Source of the DNA: Alphaproteobacteria bacterium
GTDB taxonomy: Bacteria > Pseudomonadota > Alphaproteobacteria > Rs-D84
Direction of reading: 5' to 3'
DNA: 64,000 nt
NCBI GenBank assembly: GCA_016927735.1
Contig: JAFGMC010000002.1
Coordinates: forward strand, 4,290 to 68,289
This document shows positions 9,106-18,665 of the stretch, one piece after another. The notes under the pieces were generated by a model. That model made no database searches and had not been told where the DNA came from. It saw nothing but the letters and a program-made list of their open reading frames with translations. Position numbers and translations under genes: made by a program. Position 1 is the stretch's first letter; every line of letters starts with the position of its first letter.

Positions 9106-9525
9106 ATGACAAGAATAAATTTAATCCCTGTTTCAGAATTATCAGATCAGCACTTGATGGCAGAGTATCGTGAATTACCACGTATTATTAATGGTGTTTT
9201 GATGGGAAAATTTAATCGAACTAATATTCCAAAAAAATATGTTTTAGGCGCTGGTCATATAAAGTTTTTTACTAATAAACTGATATTTCTTCAAAAACGT
9301 TACGAAGAAATTTACACAGAACTTGTTTACAGAAAATTCAAATTAAATTCAAAATACAACCCAAATAATCTTTTGGCCAAGATTCTAGAAGCCAATACAT
9401 TAGATGAAAAATATTCTTTCTCAGATGATGAAATTGCATTATCTAAACAAAGAATTATTGAAAAAGTTCAAAAAAAACCACTTTGGTATAAATGGACAGG
9501 GCGCAGAAAACCGGATTATTTATAA
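9106..9525 (+). CDS. denV: pyrimidine dimer DNA glycosylase (T4 endonuclease V family)
   Basis: The N-terminus MTRINLIPVSELSDQHLMAEYRELPRI is nearly identical in pattern to T4 endonuclease V. Confidence 0.85.
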   Translation: MTRINLIPVSELSDQHLMAEYRELPRIINGVLMGKFNRTNIPKKYVLGAGHIKFFTNKLIFLQKRYEEIYTELVYRKFKLNSKYNPNNLLAKILEANTLDEKYSFSDDEIALSKQRIIEKVQKKPLWYKWTGRRKPDYL

Positions 9526-9552
9526 ATTAATTAAAAAAATTATATTTTTTTC

Positions 9553-9594
9553 TTGACCTATATATTATATATACTATATTGTAATAACAATATA
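9553..9594 (+). promoter_or_regulatory. promoter with candidate ArsR operator
   Basis: TTGACC (9553..9558), 16-nt spacer, TATATT (9575..9580). The inverted repeat TATATTG-taataa-CAATATA (9575..9594) overlaps the -10, upstream of the ArsR-family gene. Confidence 0.4.
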
Positions 9595-9613
9595 TATTAA
9601 AAGGTTATAGAAA

Positions 9614-9874
9614 ATGATTAAATTCTACACTAATTTATTCAAGACACTTTCGCATCCACTGCGATTTCAAATAGTTGTCGGTTTATTGCAAAAGCAAGAA
9701 TGTAATGTTCAAACAATGTGCGAAAAGCTGGACGTATCACAACCAATGGTTTCACAACACTTGGCTGTACTGCGCAAGGCAAAAATTGTTGAAACAAATC
9801 GTAATGGTAATCAAATTTGTTATTATATCAAAGATCCAAAAATTAAGAAACTTATCAAATTACTTGGGGATTAA
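9614..9874 (+). CDS. ArsR/SmtB-family transcriptional regulator
   Basis: 86 aa, winged HTH pattern (LSHPLRFQIV..L....CNVQTMCEKLDVSQPMVSQHLAVLRKAKIV). Confidence 0.8.
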   Translation: MIKFYTNLFKTLSHPLRFQIVVGLLQKQECNVQTMCEKLDVSQPMVSQHLAVLRKAKIVETNRNGNQICYYIKDPKIKKLIKLLGD

Positions 9875-9876
9875 AT

Positions 9877-10167
9877 ATGACCAGCGAGATATTACTGTAT
9901 TACACTTTTGTTTTAATTTCTTTTTTATTGATTGCACCAATTGTTTCAAAAAGATTAATGAAAAATTTTCATGAAACAGAATCTCTGAAAAAACAAACAA
10001 GAATAGGTGTTGGAATATTACTGATAACCAGTATAATTTTGACTTTGTTTGTATCACCATATTTTCTGGTATTTTCAATGTTTATTGGGACTGGGTTAAT
10101 ATACCAGGGTATAACTGGCTTTTGTGGCCTGACAATAGTTTTATCAAAGATGCCATGGAATAAATAA
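9877..10167 (+). CDS. DUF2892 (YgaP-like) membrane protein
   Basis: Two TM segments and the C-terminal GLIYQGITGFCGLTIVLSKMPWN motif typical of DUF2892. Often paired with ArsR regulators. Confidence 0.65.
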   Translation: MTSEILLYYTFVLISFLLIAPIVSKRLMKNFHETESLKKQTRIGVGILLITSIILTLFVSPYFLVFSMFIGTGLIYQGITGFCGLTIVLSKMPWNK

Positions 10168-10198
10168 TAAAAAATAACAACTTTAATGGAGAACGATA

Positions 10199-11494
10199 AT
10201 GAAGAAAATTAGTATTTTTACTATGTTGATTTTTGCGCCCTGGTACATGGTGCATGCAGAAGAAATTTCTTTTGATGATGCTTGGAATACAATCTATGAA
10301 GAATCACATTATGTTAAATCAGCAGAGTTTGATAAAGATGCAGCACACATGGCACGTACACGCAGTGCATTGAATTGGCTACCAAAGTTTTATATTTCTG
10401 GTTCCGGATTTCAAACAAATGATCCGGCCATGGTATTTATGGGAAACCTGCGACAAGAAAAAATTTCTGCAGCCGACTTTAATCCAGTTGTTTTGAATGA
10501 ACCAGCCAAGGCAGATTTCTATACAGGGTCTGTTGGGGTTGAATTACCTTTATTCGAAGGTGGACAAAAGTATCGTGAATACACAGCGAATAGACATTTT
10601 TTTAAATCAGCTGAATTTAATGAAAAACAAACAAAAAATATGTTGTATGCCCAGGTTGTTCAACAGTATGGTTCATTGATTATTTTAAAACAAGAAAACG
10701 AACAATTAAAAGAAGTACAAAGAATTATCGATAATGTTTCAAAAAATTATCAATTAAATCGTGTTCAAAACCCAATGGGAAAATCTGGTGCACTGGGTCT
10801 GAAATCTTTGAGTAATAGATTAAATATAATGTTGATGGAGAATTCTGAACGTGAAAAGTCTGTTCGAGAATTAATGACACAACAGGGACTTAAAAATCCA
10901 GATTGGCAACCAAGCAATATTTCAATCGAAAATTTATTATCGGAAAAAGTAAAACTGAATTTGTCTGAAGAATCTTTTGGTTTAAGATCCAGTGACGAAC
11001 AAGCGTTGGGAATGCGCCAAAGCGCCAAAGGTGCCGCTGCTGCGCATTTGCCATATATTTCTGCGTTCGTACAGAATGATATATTTAATGGTGATCGTGG
11101 TACAGGTCACAGTTATACAGTTGGATTATCTTTTAAATGGAGTTTGTACGATCCATCAACAATGAGTATAGAGCGAGAGGCCAGGTTAAAAGCCGCCGCG
11201 CAACAAGAAAGAATTGCAATGATGTGGGAAAATGAAAATGCTGCACGCAACAGTCTGATATCTGCTTTGGAATCGAGTAAACAATCAGTTGTTTTAATGA
11301 AAGAAAGTTATGAACTGTTGGTTAAACAAACCAATGAAACGAACAAGATGTTTAAAAATGGTGTGATTAACGTTTTGCAATGGTTAGAGGTTTTATCACG
11401 CAGAGCAGACGTAATTCAAAATATGCGCGATGCAGAATTAAATCTGTTGCAACAAAATGTCTATTCAATAATACAATCAAAATTCGAGATATAA
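10199..11494 (+). CDS. TolC-family outer-membrane efflux protein
   Basis: Signal peptide and two OEP-type repeats with coiled helices. 431 aa. Directly precedes the RND pump. Confidence 0.75.
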   Translation: MKKISIFTMLIFAPWYMVHAEEISFDDAWNTIYEESHYVKSAEFDKDAAHMARTRSALNWLPKFYISGSGFQTNDPAMVFMGNLRQEKISAADFNPVVLNEPAKADFYTGSVGVELPLFEGGQKYREYTANRHFFKSAEFNEKQTKNMLYAQVVQQYGSLIILKQENEQLKEVQRIIDNVSKNYQLNRVQNPMGKSGALGLKSLSNRLNIMLMENSEREKSVRELMTQQGLKNPDWQPSNISIENLLSEKVKLNLSEESFGLRSSDEQALGMRQSAKGAAAAHLPYISAFVQNDIFNGDRGTGHSYTVGLSFKWSLYDPSTMSIEREARLKAAAQQERIAMMWENENAARNSLISALESSKQSVVLMKESYELLVKQTNETNKMFKNGVINVLQWLEVLSRRADVIQNMRDAELNLLQQNVYSIIQSKFEI

Positions 11495-11495
11495 A

Positions 11496-14400
11496 ATGAA
11501 AAACGAGAATAATATGAAAAATCACAAAAAAGGTATCGCAGGTTTCTTGGCTGAAAAGTTTATACATTCACATTTGATTCCTGTATTTATAATCGCAGCA
11601 TTATTAACCGGTATAATGGCTATCTTCTTAACACCAAAGGAAGAGGAACCACAAATATCAGTACCTATGATTGATATTTATACAAACGCAGACGGTTTAT
11701 CTGCCAAAGATGTTGAAAATAAAATAACCAAAGTTATTGAAAAATCCGTCTGGGGTGAAACAGGTGTTGATTATATTTATTCTTCCAGTATGCCAAATCA
11801 AAGTATGGTTACCGTTCGATTCAATGTTGGAGAAGATATAGAAAAGAGTCTATTAAAAGTTCATCATAAGATGACAATTGTAAAAAACGAATTACCACAA
11901 AGTGTTCGTGGTCCAGTTATAAAATCTTTTTCAATTGATGATGTTCCATTCTTGGTTTTAACACTTCATTCAAAAACGGTTTCTGATTATGATATTCGTT
12001 TTATTGCGGCAGAAATGGCGAACAAGCTTTCCAGTACGCCAGATATCAGTCGTATAGATATTCTGGGTGGACAAAAACGTTCTGTTCGTGTTATCACAGA
12101 TCCAAAAAAAATGACGAACAAAGGTGTTTCTTTGTTATCTGTTGCGGATGCAATAAAGATGAATTCGGTCAGGATACCCAGTGGCAAAAACTGGTCCGAT
12201 GAAAATGTATTTGATATAGAAATTGGAAACAGTTTAAAGACCGCAAAAGATGTGGAAAATATTGCAATCGGACAACGATGGGGGCAGGTTGTTTATGTAA
12301 AAGATGTTGCACGCGTTATTGATGGTGCGGAAGAAAAAGTTCGAGCATCATTCTTAAATAAGAAAAATGCAGAACCCGAAGCAGCGGTGTCATTATCATT
12401 TGCAAAAAGAAATGGTACAAATGTTGTATCACTGTCACATGATATTTTAGAAAAAATTCAATCATATAATACGAATAAAGATGTTGAAATAACTGTTGTT
12501 CGTGATTATGGAAAAACAGCAGGCGATAAATCAAATGAATTGATTCATCATTTAATCTTGGCAACATTGTCTGTGGCATTGTTGATTGCATTGGCGATGG
12601 GTTTTCGTGAAGCTATTGTTGTATCAATTGCAATACCGGTCACATTGGCAATCACATTGGCAATATATTATTTCATGGGTTATACCTTGAATCGCGTTAC
12701 GTTATTTGCATTAATTTTTTCGATAGGTATTTTGGTTGATGATGCAATTGTTGTTGTTGAAAATATCGAGCGACATATGAAAAGTGAAAAGGTCAGTATG
12801 GCGCGTGCAACAATTAAAGCAGTCAGCGAAGTTGGTAATCCAACGGTATTGGCAACCTTTGCCGTGGTATCCGCTATTTTACCAATGGCGTTTGTGGGTG
12901 GTTTAATGGGACCGTATATGGAACCAATTCCAACAGGTGCCAGTTTTGCAATGATTATATCACTGATTGTTGCGTTTACAGTGACGCCATGGGCAGCTAT
13001 CAGAATTTTAAAAAAGAAAGAAGAAAAGAAACCAAAAGATAATAAACCTTCAAAATTGGATTCTTTGTATCTGAAAACCATTATAAAGCTTTTAAGTAAT
13101 AAGAAGTCCATGCGTAATTTCTTTATTATGGTTATGGTATTATTAATGGGCGCATTCTCGCTTTTGTTATTCAAGGCTGTGAAAGTTAAAATGTTGCCTT
13201 TTGATAACAAAGAAGAATTCCAAATATTGATGGATTATCCGGAATCAACATCACTGGAACAAAATATAAAGTTGTCTAATGAATTGTCTGCGGTTTTATT
13301 AAAAAATCCAGATATCAAAGAAGTTCAAGTATATTCAGGGCAGGCAGGGCCTTATTCATTTTCTGGTTTGGTAAAACATACATTTATCAGAAACGCTGAT
13401 TATATGTCTGACTTGCAAGTTGTTTTGAAGGATAAAGAACATAGAAGTAAGTCTAGTCACGAATTGATTGCAGATATACGTCCTTTGATATCAGACTTTG
13501 CGAAGCAAAAACGGGCGATATCCAAAGTATTGGAAATTCCACCCGGACCACCGGTTATGGCAACAATGATTGCCGAAGTTTATGGCCCAGATGAAGAAAG
13601 TCGTATTGCAGCCGCAAATGATATTTATAAAGTATTTCAAAATGAACCAAGTGTTGTTGATTTAGATATATCTTCACGACCAATGCGTTCACGTGCGGTT
13701 TATAATTATCGTTCGGATTCTGGTGGTGTTATGGGAACATCGGCTTCGGATATCGCACAACTCGGTCGATTGGTATTTTCAGAAACACCTGTGGCAAGAT
13801 TGGATGATAGAAATGCACCCGAAGATGTTTTTATAAATTTATCTATAAATAATCAACAACGTCAATCCTTAAATTCTATGGATAATTTGACACTACCATC
13901 AATGACATCTGGGGTTGTTGACATGTCTTCGGTTTTGGCAGACCCAGTTATTGAAGAAACCACAGTTTTAACCAGAAAAAATCTGAAGCCTGTTGTTTAT
14001 GTGACTAGTGAATTATCCGGTGCAGACGAAGCGCCAGTTTACGGAATCTTGAAATTGTCACCAAAAATAAATTATCCAATGTACACTATTTTGACGCCAT
14101 GGGATAACAGTAATGTCAGCGTTAAATGGGACGGCGAATGGTTTATGACATATGAAGTATTTCGTGATATGGGTCTGGCATTTTCAGTTGTTCTTGTACT
14201 GATTTATATATTATTGGTTGGTTGGTTCAAAAGCTTTTCAGTACCAATTGTTATAATGTTGCCAATTCCAATCAGTCTGATTGGAATAATACCTGGACAT
14301 TTATTATCAGGTGTATATTTTACAGCAACATCAATGATTGGGTTTATTGCGGGGGCTGGAATTATAGTTAGAAATTCTATTATATTGGTCGACTTTATCG

Positions 14401-14678
14401 AACATGAAATTAGAAAAGGTGTTTCACCACACGATGCTGCAATAAATTCAGGTATGATACGTTTCCGTCCAATGTTATTGACCGCTGCTGCTGTTATTGT
14501 CGGAAGCTTTGTAATGTTGTCTGATCCAATATTACAAGGACTGGCGGTCAGTTTGATATTCGGTGAAATAGCTGCAACGTTGCTCAGTCGATTTGCTGTT
14601 CCAGTGTTGTATTACTATATGATATCAAAGAAACGGCAGAAAATACTGCTTAGTGATGATAAATTTAATGAAAAATAG
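11496..14678 (+). CDS. RND efflux transporter permease (AcrB/CzcA superfamily)
   Basis: 1060 aa, 12-TM architecture, motifs FSIGILVDDAIVVVENIERH and GFIAGAGIIVRNSIILVDF. Confidence 0.9.
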   Translation: MKNENNMKNHKKGIAGFLAEKFIHSHLIPVFIIAALLTGIMAIFLTPKEEEPQISVPMIDIYTNADGLSAKDVENKITKVIEKSVWGETGVDYIYSSSMPNQSMVTVRFNVGEDIEKSLLKVHHKMTIVKNELPQSVRGPVIKSFSIDDVPFLVLTLHSKTVSDYDIRFIAAEMANKLSSTPDISRIDILGGQKRSVRVITDPKKMTNKGVSLLSVADAIKMNSVRIPSGKNWSDENVFDIEIGNSLKTAKDVENIAIGQRWGQVVYVKDVARVIDGAEEKVRASFLNKKNAEPEAAVSLSFAKRNGTNVVSLSHDILEKIQSYNTNKDVEITVVRDYGKTAGDKSNELIHHLILATLSVALLIALAMGFREAIVVSIAIPVTLAITLAIYYFMGYTLNRVTLFALIFSIGILVDDAIVVVENIERHMKSEKVSMARATIKAVSEVGNPTVLATFAVVSAILPMAFVGGLMGPYMEPIPTGASFAMIISLIVAFTVTPWAAIRILKKKEEKKPKDNKPSKLDSLYLKTIIKLLSNKKSMRNFFIMVMVLLMGAFSLLLFKAVKVKMLPFDNKEEFQILMDYPESTSLEQNIKLSNELSAVLLKNPDIKEVQVYSGQAGPYSFSGLVKHTFIRNADYMSDLQVVLKDKEHRSKSSHELIADIRPLISDFAKQKRAISKVLEIPPGPPVMATMIAEVYGPDEESRIAAANDIYKVFQNEPSVVDLDISSRPMRSRAVYNYRSDSGGVMGTSASDIAQLGRLVFSETPVARLDDRNAPEDVFINLSINNQQRQSLNSMDNLTLPSMTSGVVDMSSVLADPVIEETTVLTRKNLKPVVYVTSELSGADEAPVYGILKLSPKINYPMYTILTPWDNSNVSVKWDGEWFMTYEVFRDMGLAFSVVLVLIYILLVGWFKSFSVPIVIMLPIPISLIGIIPGHLLSGVYFTATSMIGFIAGAGIIVRNSIILVDFIEHEIRKGVSPHDAAINSGMIRFRPMLLTAAAVIVGSFVMLSDPILQGLAVSLIFGEIAATLLSRFAVPVLYYYMISKKRQKILLSDDKFNEK

Positions 14679-14680
14679 AA

Positions 14681-14712
14681 TTAAATGCCCCATTTGGGGC
14701 ATTTAATATTTA
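14681..14712 (+). terminator. rho-independent terminator
   Basis: TTAAATGCCCC-attt-GGGGCATTTAA followed by TATTT. Confidence 0.6.
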
Positions 14713-14801
14713 AAATATCAAAAAAAACTTTACTCTTGATAAAATATGCTAAGATATAAATAATAAGTTGTAATGCGAGAAAATAAAGAAAAGGTTTAAA
14801 A

Positions 14802-15080
14802 ATGAAACGTTCTGACATCGTACGGTCTATCCAAGTACAGTTTAAACATATGCGTCCTGCAGATGCTGTAGCCATATTAGATACAGTTGCAAATCAGTTA
14901 ATAGATTCTGTATCTGATGGTGATAGAATTGAAATCAGGGGCTTTGGAACATTTCAACCACGTGTTCGCGCAACTAAAATTGGATATAATCCTTGTACTG
15001 GACAGCCTATGCACTTGGATGCAGGGAAAACAATATTGTTCAAGCCCAGTCGTGAATTAACAAAAAAAATGAATGGATAA
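14802..15080 (+). CDS. ihfB: integration host factor beta subunit (HU/IHF family)
   Basis: 92 aa. RIEIRGFGTF...YNPCTGQPMHL...ILFKPSRELTKKMN matches the IHF-beta pattern. Confidence 0.8.
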   Translation: MKRSDIVRSIQVQFKHMRPADAVAILDTVANQLIDSVSDGDRIEIRGFGTFQPRVRATKIGYNPCTGQPMHLDAGKTILFKPSRELTKKMNG

Positions 15081-15083
15081 AAA

Positions 15084-16826
15084 ATGTTATTTGGAAAAAA
15101 ATCTGGTATTAAAAACCGTAATCGCGATCGTTATGACCGCGTTCGTCGTTTAATGTGGATTAAATGCGAATCTTGTGGTCGATTGGTTTATTATAAAGAT
15201 TATAAAGACAATAAATATATTTGCCCACGCTGTAATCGTGCGTTTATTATGACGCCGAAACAAAGATTTGATATGTTTTTTGATAATAAAAATTGGGAAA
15301 AATTTTCTTTACCGATTGTTTCTGATGATCCATTAAAATTTACAGACCGTGTTTCTTATAAAGAAAGATTGGTAGATGCACGAAATGAAACGGGATCTCA
15401 TGATGCTATCACAACTGCCGATGGTGTTATAGGTGGAATTAAAACAACTGTTTGTGTATTGAATGGTGACTTTATGATGGGATCTATGGGACGCGCAGCA
15501 GGTGACGGTATTATTGCCAGTATTGAACATGCGATTGAATTAAAGCAACCGTTTATTATGGTGACATGCAGTGGCGGTGCACGTATGCAGGAAAATATCT
15601 TGTCATTAATGCAGATGGCACGAACAACTGTCGCTGTGAATAAACTGCATGCTAATAAAATTCCTTACATAGTATTGTTGGCAGACCCAACATTTGGTGG
15701 TGTGACCGCGTCTTTTGCTATGTTGGGCGATATTCATATTGCAGAGGCCGGTGCACGTATCGGTTTTGCAGGACGCCGTGTTATTGAACAAAATATTCGT
15801 GAAAAATTACCTTCGAATTTCCAAACTGCGGATTACTTGTATGAACATGGAATGGCAGATATGGTCGTGAAACGCGAAGACCTGAAACCATGTTTGGAAA
15901 AAATATTGGCAGTTCTGACAAAACAAACGAAAGAACCAAAAGAAATAACTGTTATAACACCTAATGCGGATCATACTAAAAAAATTCGTGGTATGGGGGA
16001 ATCTGGTGCATATGACAAAGTACTCTTGGCACGTAATGAAAATAGACCACACTTCTTGGATTATATCGAAGGTATAGTAGAAGATTGGACATACTTGGCT
16101 GGTGACAGACTGTATGCCGAAGATCCTGCAATGTGCAGCGGTATCGGTTTTTGGCGTGGAACCCCAGTTGTTATAATCGGTCAAGAAAAAGGTCGTACAA
16201 TCGAAAGTCGTCAAAAACATCGCTTTGGTATGCCAAACCCAGATGGTTATCGCAAAGCACAACGTATGATGAAATTGGCTGAAAAATTTGAACTGCCATT
16301 AATTTCATTATTTGATACCGCTGGTGCTTTTGCTGGTCGCGAAGGTGAAGAACGCGGACAATCCCAGGCAGTTGCCAGTTCCATTTCAAATGGATTATCA
16401 TTCAAAGCACCTTATGTTTGTGTGAATGTTGGCGAGGGTGGATCTGGTGGTGCAATTGCTATTGGGACCGGTGATCGTGTACTGATGTTGGAAAATGCAA
16501 TATATTCTGTTATTGCACCAGAATCTTGTGCATCTATTTTGTGGAAGGATAATAAATTCAAAGCTGTTGCAGCAACAGCTATGAAATTGACATCTCGCGA
16601 TATGGCAGAAATGGGTGTAATTGATGAAATTATCCAAGAACCATCAGGTGGGGCACATACAGATTGGCAAACAACTATGCAAATTCTTAGTAAGACTGTT
16701 GAAAAACATATTAAAGAATTGCAGAAGATTCCAGTTGATGAACTGCCATCACGTCGCGGGGATAAATTTATCTCTATGACACGTGATGTAGAAATATATA
16801 AACCTGATCATAAAACATCAGATTAA
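15084..16826 (+). CDS. accDA: acetyl-CoA carboxylase carboxyltransferase, fused beta (AccD) and alpha (AccA) subunits
   Basis: N-terminal AccD zinc ribbon CESCG...CPRCN and CT-beta core. From about aa 300 comes the AccA pattern (NRPHFLDYI, FGMPNPDGYRKAQRMMKLAEKF, DTAGAFAGREGEERGQ, GEGGSGGAIA, PESCASILWKD). Confidence 0.9.
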   Translation: MLFGKKSGIKNRNRDRYDRVRRLMWIKCESCGRLVYYKDYKDNKYICPRCNRAFIMTPKQRFDMFFDNKNWEKFSLPIVSDDPLKFTDRVSYKERLVDARNETGSHDAITTADGVIGGIKTTVCVLNGDFMMGSMGRAAGDGIIASIEHAIELKQPFIMVTCSGGARMQENILSLMQMARTTVAVNKLHANKIPYIVLLADPTFGGVTASFAMLGDIHIAEAGARIGFAGRRVIEQNIREKLPSNFQTADYLYEHGMADMVVKREDLKPCLEKILAVLTKQTKEPKEITVITPNADHTKKIRGMGESGAYDKVLLARNENRPHFLDYIEGIVEDWTYLAGDRLYAEDPAMCSGIGFWRGTPVVIIGQEKGRTIESRQKHRFGMPNPDGYRKAQRMMKLAEKFELPLISLFDTAGAFAGREGEERGQSQAVASSISNGLSFKAPYVCVNVGEGGSGGAIAIGTGDRVLMLENAIYSVIAPESCASILWKDNKFKAVAATAMKLTSRDMAEMGVIDEIIQEPSGGAHTDWQTTMQILSKTVEKHIKELQKIPVDELPSRRGDKFISMTRDVEIYKPDHKTSD

Positions 16827-16831
16827 CACAA

Positions 16832-16860
16832 CCCCGCAACATGCGGGGTTTTTGTTTTTA
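16832..16860 (+). terminator. rho-independent terminator
   Basis: CCCCGC-aacat-GCGGGG followed by TTTTTGTTTTT. Confidence 0.75.
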
Positions 16861-16885
16861 TTTTATAAAACTGATAAATTCCAGC

Positions 16886-16914
16886 TTGATTTTTAAAAAA
16901 GCTTTATATATAAT
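16886..16914 (+). promoter_or_regulatory. sigma70-type promoter of tRNA-Ser(GCU)
   Basis: TTGATT (16886..16891), 17-nt spacer, TATAAT (16909..16914). Leaves a leader of about 50 nt before the tRNA. Confidence 0.5.
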
Positions 16915-16972
16915 ACCCCGGCACAAACCATCGCGAAGCAGGGCAGAAATCCAGCAAATTCGCAACGTTAAC

Positions 16973-17060
16973 GGAGCGTTGGCAGAGTGGTAATGCAGCA
17001 GATTGCTAATCTGTGATCGGTAATACTGATCCATAGGTTCGAGTCCTATACGCTCCGCCA
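16973..17060 (+). tRNA. tRNA-Ser (anticodon GCU)
   Basis: Acceptor GGAGCGT/ACGCTCC, anticodon loop TTGCTAA, long variable arm, T loop GGTTCGAGTCC, encoded CCA. Confidence 0.9.
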
Positions 17061-17190
17061 GTTTTTATAAAAAATGATAGTTAAATATATAAATTTTTAT
17101 TGTTGTTGTTAATTTCTTATGTGGTTATCAGAAACCACTTGCGTAATATTTACAAATTTAATACTTTTAATAGAACGAAAAAGGTCAGCT

Positions 17191-18615
17191 ATGACAATAA
17201 AATTATATAACACCATGTCCAGAAAAATAGAAGAATTTAAACCACTGATTCCAAATCAGGTCAGTTTTTATTCTTGTGGCCCAACAGTTTATTGGAATCA
17301 GCATCTGGGCAATATGCGTACTTTTATAAGCAACGATATAATCAAAAGAATGTTTATCGAAAATGGATTCAAAGTTAACCATGTTATGAATTACACTGAT
17401 GTGGGACATTTGACCAGCGATGCTGATGAAGGTGAAGATAAAATGGAAAAGGGTGCCGCACGCGAGAATAAATCCGTTTGGGAAGTAGCACAAACTTATA
17501 TAGATTCTGTTGAATCTGATATGAAAGACCTGAATCTTATTAAACCGATTACCCCACGCGCTACAGATTATATTGATGAACAAATAGACTTGGTCAAGAA
17601 ACTGGAAGATTTGGGTTATACCTATATTATACCGGGCAAAGGGGTTTATTACGATACCAGTAAATTTGCCGATTATGGATTACTGGGCGGACAAAATTTA
17701 TCTGAACTGCGTTCTGGTATCCGTATTGATAATGACGGTAAAAAGAATCCTACGGATTTTATGTTATGGGCGTTTTCCCCAAAAGATAAGAAACGTGAAA
17801 TGGAATGGGACAGTCCTTGGGGCGTTGGTTTCCCAGGTTGGCATATAGAATGCAGCGCGATGAGTATGAAATTATTGGGTAATCATTTTGATATTCATAC
17901 AGGTGGTCAGGAACATATCAAGGTTCATCACAGTGATGAAATTGCACAAAGTGAACCTATTGTCGGAAAACCATGGGTAAATTATTGGGTGCATTTTGCT
18001 TGGTTAATGGCAAAAGATGGAAAAATGTCTAAATCTGCAGGGGATTCTCTGACTGTGCCTTATATTAAAAACAAGGGCTATGATCCAATGGAATTCAGAT
18101 ATCTGATGTTATTGGGACATTACAGACAACCGGTTGATTTTTCATGGGTATCATTAGACGCGGCTGCAAATGGATATAAAAATATTGTCCGCAAAGTTGC
18201 TGATTTAATTGACTCACAAAATCAGAATCCAGAAAAAGAAAATTCTAAAATTTATGAAGAATGGAATAAAAAGATATTAGATATTGTTTCAGATAACATA
18301 AAAACCGCAGAATCTTTGGTCCAAGTTCAAGAATTATTAAAAGCTGATGATATAAATTCAGCTACAAAGTTGAAATTATTTGAATTTATTGACCGTTTAT
18401 TGGGATTACAGTTCATTAATCGCGCCCAAAAACTGCTGGATTTAGAATCTGTAGAAGCACCGGAAAATATCAAAAAAATGGCTTTAGAACGTGTCGCTGC
18501 CAAGGCCGAAAAAGACTGGGTAAGGGCAGACGAATTACGTGATAAAATTGATGCTGCTGGATGGAATGTTATTGATACCAAAGACGGTATAAAAATAATT
18601 AAAAAAATGGCTTGA
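17191..18615 (+). CDS. cysS: cysteine--tRNA ligase
   Basis: Start moved to ATG 17191 (MTIKLYNTMSRK...) after AAAAGG. HIGH-type motif region (CGPTVYWNQHLGNMR) and KMSKS present. Confidence 0.93.
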   Translation: MTIKLYNTMSRKIEEFKPLIPNQVSFYSCGPTVYWNQHLGNMRTFISNDIIKRMFIENGFKVNHVMNYTDVGHLTSDADEGEDKMEKGAARENKSVWEVAQTYIDSVESDMKDLNLIKPITPRATDYIDEQIDLVKKLEDLGYTYIIPGKGVYYDTSKFADYGLLGGQNLSELRSGIRIDNDGKKNPTDFMLWAFSPKDKKREMEWDSPWGVGFPGWHIECSAMSMKLLGNHFDIHTGGQEHIKVHHSDEIAQSEPIVGKPWVNYWVHFAWLMAKDGKMSKSAGDSLTVPYIKNKGYDPMEFRYLMLLGHYRQPVDFSWVSLDAAANGYKNIVRKVADLIDSQNQNPEKENSKIYEEWNKKILDIVSDNIKTAESLVQVQELLKADDINSATKLKLFEFIDRLLGLQFINRAQKLLDLESVEAPENIKKMALERVAAKAEKDWVRADELRDKIDAAGWNVIDTKDGIKIIKKMA

Positions 18616-18665
18616 AATTAGCCAAATTTTAAGCTATATTTCAACGCGCAAGAAGAGGAATTTTT

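Noticed and set aside
8972-9181. 69-aa minus-strand ORF
   Set aside because: It is antisense across tRNA-Ser(CGA) and the denV start, so it is spurious.
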